The notes beneath the pieces are model-generated. The model was not told the origin of the DNA. It searched no databases and worked only from the letters and a program-made list of their open reading frames with translations. A program made the position numbers and the translations under genes. A stretch of 64,000 bases of DNA, from IMG/VR virus record IMGVR_UViG_3300037418_002743, positions 32,001 to 96,000 of that record; one strand, given 5' to 3'. This DNA comes from a virus. Shown piece after piece: positions 8,277 to 16,741 of this stretch. Within the stretch, counting starts at the first letter, position 1; every line of letters starts with the position of its first letter.

Positions 8277-8468
8277 TCAGTGCCGCGCGAGTCGGGAGGC
8301 GAAGAGGTGGTGGTGCTTGACGGCGTGCACCGCGTGGCGGATGTGCTCGACGGTCTCGAAGTGCTCGGGGATCTCGACCAGCTCGAAGTGCAGGATCTCG
8401 ACGTGCAGGAGGTGGCCGAGGAGGAGGGTGGCCAGGAGGAGCAGGGCGGAGGCGATGCCGTTCGTCAT
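8277..8468 (-). CDS. Leaderless His-rich small membrane/secreted peptide
   Basis: MTNGIASALLLLATLLLG...; 11 His in 63 aa; promoter upstream and hairpin at about 8224-8250 downstream. Confidence 0.55.
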   Translation of the reverse strand: MTNGIASALLLLATLLLGHLLHVEILHFELVEIPEHFETVEHIRHAVHAVKHHHLFASRLARH

Positions 8469-8502
8469 GCCTTAAAGCTACCGCGCGGTGCGGTAGTTAC
8501 AA
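8469..8502 (-). promoter_or_regulatory. Palindromic-spacer leaderless promoter
   Basis: TTGTAA-CTACCGCACCGCGCGG-TAGCTT-TAAGGC-ATG. Confidence 0.75.
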
Positions 8503-8538
8503 GGGAAGGCGACGGCTGAGAACGAAGAAAAAGCCTGG

Positions 8539-8787
8539 TCACAGCCCCCTTGACGGGAGCGGCCCATGCTCGTCCGCGTGCCCCCGCGCCGCCTCCGCGT
8601 CAGCGAAGCCGAAGCAGAACGCCGCCTCGACGTCCGGGCCCCGACTCCCCCGCCGCCGGCGCGGTGACGGAGCCTCGACCATCAGCACCCACATCCAGCG
8701 GGAGCCGTCCGGCTTCACCCCGAGCCAGTCGCCGGACGGGAGGTCCCGCCGCCAGTACCCCGGCCGGACCTCCCGCCAGTCGGTCAC
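8539..8787 (-). CDS. Small Trp-rich hypothetical protein
   Basis: GTG at 8787 overlaps the upstream stop (VTDWREVRPGYW...). Confidence 0.5.
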   Translation of the reverse strand: MTDWREVRPGYWRRDLPSGDWLGVKPDGSRWMWVLMVEAPSPRRRRGSRGPDVEAAFCFGFADAEAARGHADEHGPLPSRGL

Positions 8788-9218
8788 GCGGGGCGGCCGT
8801 TGGCGTGCGACTCCCGCTCGAGCCGCTCCGCCGGCACGAGCTCCGCCTCCGAGTACGGGCGGCGCACAGCGGCGCGGCGGGCCTGCGCGGAGTGGTACTC
8901 GCGGAGGATCCGGGCCCGGTGCTCCCGGACCTCCGTCGGGAGCCAGTGCAGCTCGCAGGCGACGTTGAGCGGGATCCCCCGCGACTTCGCCCAGTTGGAG
9001 CATTCCGAAGGCCTGTGCGGCTCGTTGACGGAGCGGAGAGGGAGTTCCGGGTAGTGGTCACACTCGGGGCAGCACGGGGTGTGGTGCATCCCCGTGAGCC
9101 CCGAGAGGCATGCTGAGGGGAGCGACGCACACCCGGAGCAGGCCCGCAGGGTCGCGGCGGTCTCGGCGATGAGGATCGGGACGGCCGGCGCGGCGGGCGT
9201 CTCCTGGAGGACGGTCAT
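8784..9218 (-). CDS. Cys-rich hypothetical protein
   Basis: CSGC...CCPECDH...C; leader contains the CU box. Confidence 0.6.
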   Translation of the reverse strand: MTVLQETPAAPAVPILIAETAATLRACSGCASLPSACLSGLTGMHHTPCCPECDHYPELPLRSVNEPHRPSECSNWAKSRGIPLNVACELHWLPTEVREHRARILREYHSAQARRAAVRRPYSEAELVPAERLERESHANGRPA

Positions 9219-9300
9219 GGCAGTGGCCTTCTTCGGGAGGGAGTGAGGGGACGAAGAGGGCCCGGCGGCGGTTGGCAGACCGCGCCGGGCCCTTCGTGTG

Positions 9301-9507
9301 TCAGAGGCGGCGGGCGTTCATCCAGTCCGCGCCCCAGCGGGCGGAGCCCTCGGCGCAGAGTCGCAGCCACTGCTCGTTGTTGGTCGTGGCGACGGCGAGG
9401 GCGGCCTCGGAGCCGTCGGCGAAGGCGAGGTCCCGGGTCTCGGCGAGCCCGTCGGCCAGGGCTCCGGCCTCGGCGGCGGTGAGGTTCGCGGTCATCGTGT
9501 TCGTCAT
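9301..9507 (-). CDS. Leaderless small hypothetical protein (MTNTMT...)
   Basis: ATG 6 nt after the TATGGT -10 of the promoter copy at 9518-9534. Confidence 0.6.
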   Translation of the reverse strand: MTNTMTANLTAAEAGALADGLAETRDLAFADGSEAALAVATTNNEQWLRLCAEGSARWGADWMNARRL

Positions 9508-9547
9508 GTGTTCACCATACCGCGCGGTGCGGGAGCTGCAAGACCTT

Positions 9548-9904
9548 CTATCCGAGGATGTTCCGGCCGTCCGCATCCGCCTCGGCGAGGTAGCGCTGCA
9601 CGTCCTGGATCGCGTGCGCGGCGATGTCGAGGTCGAGGAGCCGACGCACCGGCTCCTTCTCCGCGTCGAGCGCGGCATCCGACACGGCCCGCACCGAGAC
9701 GCGCTCCATGCGGAGCAGGCGGGCCAGGGCGGCGTGTCCGCGCGTCGTCAGCTCCGCCTCGATGTCGACACGACGCCGGCGGGCGGACATCCGGCCCTCG
9801 GTGCGCAGGGAGTGAAGCTCGACGTCGTCGGCGGCCGCCTCCGCGGCGATCGCGGCCCGGTACTCGGCGACGGCGGCGGTGAGGGTGCGCACGGGTGCGG
9901 TCAC
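9548..9904 (-). CDS. Hypothetical helical protein
   Basis: RBS GAAGGAG; CUGCCA hairpin at 9934-9955. Confidence 0.65.
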   Translation of the reverse strand: MTAPVRTLTAAVAEYRAAIAAEAAADDVELHSLRTEGRMSARRRRVDIEAELTTRGHAALARLLRMERVSVRAVSDAALDAEKEPVRRLLDLDIAAHAIQDVQRYLAEADADGRNILG

Positions 9905-9992
9905 GGTGTTCTCCTTCGGGAGGGAAGACGGACGGCCGTGCTGGCAGGCGCGGCCCTCCGGGGTGAGCGTGAGCGGAATCGTGGGGAGTCGG

Positions 9993-10766
9993 CTATGACG
10001 CGGAGCGCACGTGAAGCTTCCCGTCCTCCCCGTGGACGAAGTGCCCGGACTCGCAGAGCTGGGCGATCACCGCGTCAATGCCGTCGGTGCGCTCCAGCAG
10101 GGTGGCGATCGCCGTCTTGCTCGTCCCGCCGTGCCACTCCCCCCGCTCGATCCGCTCCCTGATCTTCGCCACGGTCGCGGCGATGGCCCGCCGACGCTGC
10201 CCGCCGACGATCGCCGCGGCCTCCTCGAGCGACCGCGCCGGAGCGGGCCCGGGCTTCGTCTTGCGGTTGATGCGGTAGGTCTCGACCTGGCTGCGGAGCC
10301 AGTAGCCGTCGAGCACCGGGCGCGGGAAGCCGGTGTTGTCCCGGCCCGCCTTCCGGTCGGACTCCAGCTGGTAGACGCGCTGGCGGGTCACGCCCAGCTT
10401 CTCGGCGAACTCCGCGACGCTCACGACGTCCGGCATCGCGACGGCGTGGAGCCGCTGGGCCACTACCTCATCGGAGGTGAGCTCGACCTGATCCCAGCCG
10501 GTCACGCGGTAGCCGTGCCCGGCGAGGACGCCGACCAGGCAGTTCGCGGCGCGGGTGAGCCGACTGGGCAGCGCGGTGGGCGTGACCTCGTCGTCATCGT
10601 CAATGAGGACCTGGCCCTGCACGAGGTACGCGCCGTCCTGATCGTAGGAGCACATTCCGCCGATGAGCTGGGAGTCGGCAGCCCAGGCGCGGGACAGCGT
10701 CATGGCGGCGTCGGGGTGCATGGGGCGATCAAGGCGGACGCCGAGAGTCAGCGCGTGCGATGTCAT
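9993..10766 (-). CDS. AlpA/excisionase-like HTH protein with extra N-terminal domain (HicB-like antitoxin candidate)
   Basis: PDVVSVAEFAEKLGVTRQRVYQL...FPRPV...YWLRSQVETY; ATG at 10766. Confidence 0.65.
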   Translation of the reverse strand: MTSHALTLGVRLDRPMHPDAAMTLSRAWAADSQLIGGMCSYDQDGAYLVQGQVLIDDDDEVTPTALPSRLTRAANCLVGVLAGHGYRVTGWDQVELTSDEVVAQRLHAVAMPDVVSVAEFAEKLGVTRQRVYQLESDRKAGRDNTGFPRPVLDGYWLRSQVETYRINRKTKPGPAPARSLEEAAAIVGGQRRRAIAATVAKIRERIERGEWHGGTSKTAIATLLERTDGIDAVIAQLCESGHFVHGEDGKLHVRSAS

Positions 10767-10873
10767 GTCAGCATCATCCGGTGTCGCTTTCACATCGTCA
10801 AGCCGGGCTAGGTGCCCGGTTAGGCTGGCCGGGCGGCCGGGGGAGGGTCCCACTCCCCCGACCGCCCGTTCCC

Positions 10874-11131
10874 TCAGTTCATCCCCGGGTCGGGATCGCT
10901 CCCGAGCACCGGCCCCAGCCGGAACCACCTCGGCCCTTCCGCCTCCGCGAAGGAGGCGATGGCTGCCGCAAGCAGCAGCTCAAGCGCCTCGTCCTCGAGG
11001 ACGATCCGGGGGAGGTGCCATGCCGTGCCGGGTACCGCCTTGCTCTGGATCACCAGGTCCTCCTCGTTGAGGTGGAAGGTGTATCCGCGAGCGCGGAGCC
11101 CGAGGACGAACTGATCGGCCAGCTCAGTCAC
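10874..11131 (-). CDS. Hypothetical protein
   Basis: RBS AGAGGAG before GTG at 11131. Confidence 0.5.
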   Translation of the reverse strand: MTELADQFVLGLRARGYTFHLNEEDLVIQSKAVPGTAWHLPRIVLEDEALELLLAAAIASFAEAEGPRWFRLGPVLGSDPDPGMN

Positions 11132-11352
11132 TGAGCCGCTCCTCTCTGTTGAGTTATCGCTTACAAGAACTAACGTAAGTCTCGCGGGAGGGTCGCGCAA
11201 GACTTATCTACCGCGCTCTGCGGTAGCGTCCGCACCGTTGGATTGACGGGTAATTAGGACCATGACCTGCGTCAACCAGAGAGAGTCACCGCGTGAGGCC
11301 GGGCGGGTGATCCCGCACCTCCGTCGAGGGGACCGCCCGTCGCCGTCACCGC

Positions 11353-11634
11353 TCACCGGGCACGTTTGATCCCTGCCCGGTCCGCTACCGCCTCCCAGGA
11401 GTCCGCGTGCCCCTCCGCCTGCAGCGCCTGAGCGCGCCGGTAGAGCGCGACCTCGCGGTCCGCGGTCCTGTACTGCCGGGAGGCCGGATCCGCCCCGTCG
11501 CGGCGCGCTGTGGCGTCCCGGAGCCACTCCGCGATCCGCTCCGCCGGGTAGACGTGCGCGATGTTGAGCGCCTGCGCCTCCGCGGTGCGGGCCGCCCGCT
11601 CCGCCATGCGCTCCAGCGCGGTCTTCGCGGGCAT
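11353..11634 (-). CDS. Hypothetical protein
   Basis: MPAKTALERM..., coupled to the upstream gene. Confidence 0.55.
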   Translation of the reverse strand: MPAKTALERMAERAARTAEAQALNIAHVYPAERIAEWLRDATARRDGADPASRQYRTADREVALYRRAQALQAEGHADSWEAVADRAGIKRAR

Positions 11635-11831
11635 CACGCGCCCCAGATCGCGACGGCGGAGGCCTCGACGAGGACGGTGTGCCGCCCGTCGGTCACGTAC
11701 ACGCAGCCCTCGTGGGCGTGCGAGTGCACCTCGACGGGCGTGCCGACCATGATCACGCCGTACTTCTCGCCGGGCCGGGCGATCATGATGTCCCGGGTGG
11801 TCTCCCCCGCGAGCATCACCGGCGCGCTCAT
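11634..11831 (-). CDS. Small hypothetical protein (SH3-like beta composition)
   Basis: 65-aa ORF overlapping both neighbours. Confidence 0.55.
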   Translation of the reverse strand: MSAPVMLAGETTRDIMIARPGEKYGVIMVGTPVEVHSHAHEGCVYVTDGRHTVLVEASAVAIWGA

Positions 11832-12058
11832 CGCGCACCCGCCGCCGGGTAGAGCCGCGCCATCGTCGTGTGCAGCTCTCCGCCGTGGTCGCGGAGGCTC
11901 AGGCGCGCGAGCTCCTGGACGCGGCCGGTGTGCGGGGACCGGATCGAGAAGACCGCCTCGATGACGACGGGGGCGGGCGCGCCGGAGGGCATGGTCCAGC
12001 CGAGCGGGAGCAGCGCCTCCCAGCGGGGGGCGTGCGGGTCGAGGTCGGTGAGCTGCAT
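11828..12058 (-). CDS. Small hypothetical protein
   Basis: RBS GAAGGAG; CUGCCA hairpin at 12078-12103. Confidence 0.6.
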   Translation of the reverse strand: MQLTDLDPHAPRWEALLPLGWTMPSGAPAPVVIEAVFSIRSPHTGRVQELARLSLRDHGGELHTTMARLYPAAGAR

Positions 12059-12125
12059 GACGGTCTCCTTCGGGGAGGGCCGGGCGCTGGCAGGCGCCCG
12101 GCCGGCGGGAGGGATGAGGGGCGTG

Positions 12126-12476
12126 TCAGGCGGGGTCGACGCCGTAGACGACGGCGCCCGGGTACTCGTCCTCGAACGCCTCTCGGGCGGCGAGGGAGTC
12201 GACCGCGGTCACGGTGGCGATGTCGCGGATGGTGCGGCCGCGGGAGGTCTCGGTGCGGTACCAGACGCGGTAGGGCCGGGGGCCGTTCGCGGCGGCGGCT
12301 CGCTCGGCGGCGGTGAGTTCGTCGGCGATGTGGCCGATCGCGAGGGCGCCGACGGTGCCGGAGGCGACGAGGGCGGCGGCGGTGGCGCGGGCGGCGGCGG
12401 TGGCGCGGAGGTCCTCGCGGAGCTGGGCGGCGGTGCGGGAGGGAAGGGCGGAGGTGGCAGCCTCGGGGTTCGTCAT
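12126..12476 (-). CDS. Leaderless hypothetical protein (MTNPEA...)
   Basis: Promoter copy at 12487-12503. Confidence 0.65.
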   Translation of the reverse strand: MTNPEAATSALPSRTAAQLREDLRATAAARATAAALVASGTVGALAIGHIADELTAAERAAAANGPRPYRVWYRTETSRGRTIRDIATVTAVDSLAAREAFEDEYPGAVVYGVDPA

Positions 12477-12816
12477 GCGTTAACCATACCGCATGACGCG
12501 GTGAGCACAAGGGTGGCGACACCATTGCCGTTCCCCTCCGCACGTCCGGCCCCCATCTCGGTCCGCTCGGAGGGGTGCCATGCCTCCGCCCTTAGGCTTC
12601 CTAGTACGGCGATCAGGAGGGCTCGGGACGGCGTCAGGACGGCCGTCCGCTACTGGTGCACACGCGATGAAGGAGGACGTCTCTCATGACCCACAGACGG
12701 GCCCGGGCCCCGGCCCGGACAGTGAGATCGGGACCGCCCTGGTCCGGCGATCCCGATCTCGGCAAGACGCTCATCGGCACGATCAACCAGGCAGTTTCTC
12801 GAACGGAGGTCTCGCG

Positions 12817-13080
12817 ATGGCGAGAGTACGCAAGGAAGTCAAGCGGGTCGTGGCGCGGCTCCGGCCCACGACGGAGGCGGGCCCGATCGGGTGGCCGGAC
12901 GTGGCCCTGGGCGTGATCGCCCTGCTCGGGCCGCTGCTCGCGACCAGCACGACGGACCCGGCGGCGACGGAGCGGCTCGTGCGGATCCTCCGCTGGGTGT
13001 GCGCGCTCGTCTTCCTGGGCGCGGTCGCCGTGCTGGCGTACCGGCTCCCCTTCGGCGAGCTGGTCACGCTCCTGACCTGA
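12817..13080 (+). CDS. Small two-TM membrane protein
   Basis: RBS GGAGG, two hydrophobic segments, hairpin at 13098-13134. Confidence 0.55.
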   Translation: MARVRKEVKRVVARLRPTTEAGPIGWPDVALGVIALLGPLLATSTTDPAATERLVRILRWVCALVFLGAVAVLAYRLPFGELVTLLT

Positions 13081-13175
13081 CCCGCCCCGCTCCGGCGCGA
13101 AGGCCCGTCCCCTCTCCCGTGGGGCGGGCCTTCGTCGTGGGGCCGGCGGCTCCCCGAGGAACTTCGACCCGATCT

Positions 13176-13295
13176 TCAACGACGTCGGGCGGCGGCGCGG
13201 AGGTCCCGCAGCTCCGCAAGCTCGGCGTCGGTGAGCCCGCGCCGGCGCATCAGGGCCTCGAGGTCGTCGAGGCGGTCGAGGTCGTCGAGGTCCAT
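13176..13295 (-). CDS. 39-aa peptide (MDLDDLDRLDDLEAL...)
   Basis: Strong leader CCCTCCCGAAGGAGACCGTCATG; below the ORF-track size cutoff. Confidence 0.5.
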   Translation of the reverse strand: MDLDDLDRLDDLEALMRRRGLTDAELAELRDLRAAARRR

Positions 13296-13325
13296 GACGG
13301 TCTCCTTCGGGAGGGGCCGGAGCGG

Positions 13326-13547
13326 CTAGAAGCCGCGGTAGGCGTCCTTGACCGCCTCGAATCGATCCCGGAACTCGTTCATGACGCGGAGGTCGCGGCG
13401 GAGCAGGCGGCCGCGCTCCGGGGTCACGACGCCGTTGGGGATCTCGCGGAGCAGGGCGCAGAGGCGCTTGTGCTCGGCCCAGAGGTCGGTGATGGAGAGG
13501 GTGGAGGGGCGGCCGGTGGTCTTGCGGGGCTTCGTGGTGTTCGTCAT
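13326..13547 (-). CDS. Leaderless small hypothetical protein (MTNTTK...)
   Basis: Promoter copy at 13558-13574. Confidence 0.65.
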   Translation of the reverse strand: MTNTTKPRKTTGRPSTLSITDLWAEHKRLCALLREIPNGVVTPERGRLLRRDLRVMNEFRDRFEAVKDAYRGF

Positions 13548-13679
13548 GCGTTAACAATACCGCGCTACACGGTAGTTACAAGGGCTGTAGAGCGAGACCG
13601 GTAAAGAAATAACGCGGCCCGGTCCCCCACCAGCCGAGGACCGGGCCGCTCTACCGGCGGGACGCCGCCGGGGCTCACA

Positions 13680-14072
13680 TCACGACAGCTGGAAGACCAG
13701 CTGCGCGGAGTCGATCTCGGAGGAGAAGGAGCGGAGCAGGTGCTTCGCCGCGACCCGGACCGCGGAGCCAGCGGCGTTGGCGAAGGCGGACGACGTCGTC
13801 GCCTCGGAGTCGAGGGCCTGACCGATCCGGCTCGCGAGCGAGTCGCGGCGGCGCTCGGCCGGCGCCTTGAGTGTCGCGGCGAGGATCGCGACCTTCGTCT
13901 CGGCGATCACCGCGTCGCGGAGGTAGTGCTCCGCGGCGTAGACGAGGGACGGGCAGTCGGCGATCATCGCCCGCTGCTTGGTGACGGTCTGCTCGGCGGA
14001 GGCGAGCTGGACCTTGAGCGCGTGCTCGAGCTCGACGTCGGTCAGGGCGGCGGAGGCGGGCTTGGTGCTCAT
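13680..14072 (-). CDS. Hypothetical helical protein
   Basis: Promoter copy at 14138-14154, CUGCCA hairpin at 14100-14119, RBS AAGGAG. Confidence 0.7.
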   Translation of the reverse strand: MSTKPASAALTDVELEHALKVQLASAEQTVTKQRAMIADCPSLVYAAEHYLRDAVIAETKVAILAATLKAPAERRRDSLASRIGQALDSEATTSSAFANAAGSAVRVAAKHLLRSFSSEIDSAQLVFQLS

Positions 14073-14165
14073 CGAGGTCTCCTTGGTTCGGGAGGGAAGG
14101 GGCCGCTGGCAGGCGGTCCGTCTTACGTTGTTGAGCTTACCGCGGTGCGCGGTGAGTACAAGGGC

Positions 14166-14390
14166 TTATGCCCAGGTGGTTCGGGCCGGGATCTCGACGC
14201 CGTACCGGCGGCCGAGGGCGTGCACGGCGGCCTCGTCGGCGACCCGCTTCGTCCAGAGGTGCACGCCGCCGGTGGCGTTGTAGGCGTCGACGATGAAGCG
14301 CTCGTAGTAGGGGTTCCAAGTCACGTAGGCGAAGGGGAGGGCCGGGGTGCCGTCGTCCTCGATGTCCGGGGTGATGGTGTTCGTCGTCAT
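14166..14390 (-). CDS. Leaderless small hypothetical protein (MTTNTI...)
   Basis: Promoter copy at 14401-14417. Confidence 0.65.
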   Translation of the reverse strand: MTTNTITPDIEDDGTPALPFAYVTWNPYYERFIVDAYNATGGVHLWTKRVADEAAVHALGRRYGVEIPARTTWA

Positions 14391-14420
14391 GACTTCACCA
14401 TACCGCAGCATGCGGGAGGA

Positions 14421-14570
14421 TCAAGCCTTTCGGCGGGAGGTGACCCAGCGGTCGACCTCGACGCCGCGCTCGTACTCGCGGACCTCGAAGTAGACGCGCG
14501 GGTCACCGGCCGGGCCGGCGAGCGGCTCCGGGTCCCGGACGGTGCCGGTGAAGTCGGCGGGGATGTTCAT
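14421..14570 (-). CDS. 49-aa peptide (MNIPADF...)
   Basis: RBS GGAG; its TGA stop forms part of the next -35 box. Confidence 0.5.
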   Translation of the reverse strand: MNIPADFTGTVRDPEPLAGPAGDPRVYFEVREYERGVEVDRWVTSRRKA

Positions 14571-14582
14571 GACGGGCTCCGA

Positions 14583-14885
14583 TCAGGCGGCGTGGAAGGG
14601 GATCTCGGCGCGGGTGCGGCCCCACGCCCCGCCTTGCGCGGCGGTGTGGCGGCGGAGCGCGTCGAGGTTGGCGAAGGCGGCGATGGGGCGGGAGCCGATG
14701 AGCACTTGGACGGTCGCGCCGCCGGGAGTGCCGTGGAGCGGGATCTCGGTGCGGGTGTAGCCGAGGAGCGCGGAGCCGCCGCGGGCGGTCATCCAGCGGC
14801 GCATCGCGGTGATGTCGGCGAAGGCGCGGATGGGGCGGCCGGCGTCGAGGAGGAGGGTCGCGGTGGGGGCTTCAGTGTTCGTCAT
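14583..14885 (-). CDS. Leaderless protein with an internal duplication
   Basis: Promoter copy at 14896-14912; two RPIxAFA...TRxEIP units. Confidence 0.65.
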   Translation of the reverse strand: MTNTEAPTATLLLDAGRPIRAFADITAMRRWMTARGGSALLGYTRTEIPLHGTPGGATVQVLIGSRPIAAFANLDALRRHTAAQGGAWGRTRAEIPFHAA

Positions 14886-14959
14886 GTGATTACCATACCG
14901 CGTACCGCGGGAGGTTCAAGCCCTTCGGCCGGGCGGGTTCGCCCGGCCGGGCCGGAGCC

Positions 14960-15262
14960 CTAGTGCCCGAGGCACTTCGCGCAGTCGATCTCGTACCGAG
15001 AGGACACGGCGGAGGCGGCGGAGCGGGCGTTGCGGTAGCGCTCGGCGCCGCAGTAGACGCCCACCGTCTTGCCGACCGACTCCCCGTAGGCGTTGAGGTA
15101 GCGGGTGACCGTGGCGCGGTGCACGGTCTTGGCCTTGCCGACGACCGCGCGGCCGTCGGTGTTCTCCTCGACGGTGACGACCTGCTTGTGCGCCGGCTTG
15201 CCGGCGTCGGCGGCGATCTCGGCGGCGGTGGCGGGGCGGGTGGTGACCGTGGCGTTCGTCAT
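14960..15262 (-). CDS. Leaderless small protein with Zn-binding-like C-terminus
   Basis: Promoter copy at 15273-15289; H...YCG...CAKC. Confidence 0.65.
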   Translation of the reverse strand: MTNATVTTRPATAAEIAADAGKPAHKQVVTVEENTDGRAVVGKAKTVHRATVTRYLNAYGESVGKTVGVYCGAERYRNARSAASAVSSRYEIDCAKCLGH

Positions 15263-15292
15263 GTCTTAAAGATACCGCGTCACGCGGGAGTT

Positions 15293-15478
15293 TCAAGCCG
15301 CTGAGGCAAGCCAGGTCCAGAACGCTCGCACCGGCCGGGCGATCGCGTCGCAGACGGCGGCGAGGAAGTGCACGACGTCCGCGCTGAACGCCACGTACGG
15401 GGCGGTGGCCACCGCCGCGACGAGCGCGAGGGCGGCGAGGACCAGGAGGGCGACGGCGGCGCGCTCGGTGGCGTCCAT
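15293..15478 (-). CDS. Small membrane protein
   Basis: RBS GAAGGAG; hydrophobic N-terminal half. Confidence 0.55.
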   Translation of the reverse strand: MDATERAAVALLVLAALALVAAVATAPYVAFSADVVHFLAAVCDAIARPVRAFWTWLASAA

Positions 15479-15504
15479 GACAGGTCTCCTTCGGATGGGG
15501 TCGT

Positions 15505-15735
15505 TCACCGGATGCCGGCGACGTACAGCAGGCCCTCGATGAGCCGGAGCACGAAGACGCCGGCGTCGATGATCGTGTGGCCGATCAGGGTCCACACGGT
15601 CTCGATCATCCCGACGTAGGCGGCCGGGCCGACGATCAGGACGAGGAGCAGGACCGGGAGCAGGCCGAGGCCGGCGGGGGCGACGGCGTCGATGATCGTG
15701 CGGGCGGCGGAGGCGGTGCGTGCGGTGTTCGTCAT
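15505..15735 (-). CDS. Leaderless small membrane protein (MTNTAR...)
   Basis: Promoter copy at 15747-15763; two hydrophobic segments. Confidence 0.6.
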   Translation of the reverse strand: MTNTARTASAARTIIDAVAPAGLGLLPVLLLVLIVGPAAYVGMIETVWTLIGHTIIDAGVFVLRLIEGLLYVAGIR

Positions 15736-15819
15736 GCCGTTGAGCTTGCCGCGCGGTGCGGTGTGGTTCAAGAGGTAGTTTCCTCTTGAGTCCGCCGCAT
15801 AGAGCGGTATGGTTGTTGC

Positions 15820-16062
15820 ATGACGACGACGGAGCTTGCCGCGGACCACCTCTCCGACGAGGACTTCGCCCTCGCCGAGCGGATCCTCGACCGCCTCTGC
15901 GCCAAGGGCGACCGGAGGGCGTACAGCCCCTCCGAGATCGGCCGGATCGCGAAGGCCGAGACCTCCGCAGTGCGCCGGGTCCTCCCCGTGCTCGTCGAGG
16001 ACGGGAACCTCGCCGTGGCCGGGAACGGCGCCTGGCGCCGCTACACCTTCGTGATGGGCTGA
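15820..16062 (+). CDS. Leaderless winged-helix DNA-binding protein
   Basis: YSPSEIGRIAKAETSAVRRVLPVLVEDGNLAVAGNGAWRRYTF; plus-strand promoter copy TTGAGT-16-TATGGT-6-ATG. Confidence 0.65.
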   Translation: MTTTELAADHLSDEDFALAERILDRLCAKGDRRAYSPSEIGRIAKAETSAVRRVLPVLVEDGNLAVAGNGAWRRYTFVMG

Positions 16063-16063
16063 C

Positions 16064-16741
16064 CTACCCGCGCTGACGGCGGATCTCGGCGTCCCGCGCG
16101 GCGACCCGGGCCCGCCAGGCGGCCCCGCCGTCCGGCGGCTGCAGGTCCGCGATGAGCTGCTCGATCGGCAGCACCGCCGGCCCCTTCCGCCGCTTCCCGC
16201 GCGGCGCAGTGATCGCCGCCCCGCGCTCCGCGGCCGCCGCCTCCACCGCGGACCGCTTGCCGGCCCGCCGCGGACGGACCTCCACCCGCGGGAGCGGAGG
16301 CGGCGCAGTGCGCTCCTTCGGCTTCCGCGGCTTCGGCTTCGCCCGCGGCGGCGGCGCGCCCTCGATCGGCGGGAGCGGCGTCACGAGCAGCCAGCACCGG
16401 CCCGGCTCACCCTTCACCGGGTCGTGCAGCACCGGCATGTGCTTGCTCATCCGGTACCGGTCATCGTCCGCGACGACGCCGGCGTCGACGAGGCCGTCGC
16501 AGATCGCCTTGTACGTCGCGACCGGGTTCTCCTCGTCGTACACACCGCGGCGCGGGACCTGCCAGTGCAGCTCGACCGCGACCCGCTCATGCGCCCCGAC
16601 GGTGTAGTCCTCCGCGAGCTCCTTCGCCAGGGCCCGGATCTGCTTCGTCAGCTTCGCCGCCGCGTGCCGGTCGTGCCGGTCGTTGAGCGACAGCGGCGGA
16701 CGCTCCCACGGCAGCGGGAGCGTCCACGACTCCGCCGTCAC
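16064..16741 (-). CDS. rusA: RusA-like Holliday junction resolvase
   Basis: PLSLN...DEENPVATYKAICDGLVDAGVVADDD; GTG at 16741. Confidence 0.75.
   Translation of the reverse strand: MTAESWTLPLPWERPPLSLNDRHDRHAAAKLTKQIRALAKELAEDYTVGAHERVAVELHWQVPRRGVYDEENPVATYKAICDGLVDAGVVADDDRYRMSKHMPVLHDPVKGEPGRCWLLVTPLPPIEGAPPPRAKPKPRKPKERTAPPPLPRVEVRPRRAGKRSAVEAAAAERGAAITAPRGKRRKGPAVLPIEQLIADLQPPDGGAAWRARVAARDAEIRRQRG

Noticed and set aside
8461-15820. Repeated motif as a CRISPR array or integron attC array
   Set aside because: Spacing is irregular (250-1000+ bp), the intervening DNA is whole genes, the copies are degenerate with promoter geometry, and no cas gene or tyrosine integrase is in the window
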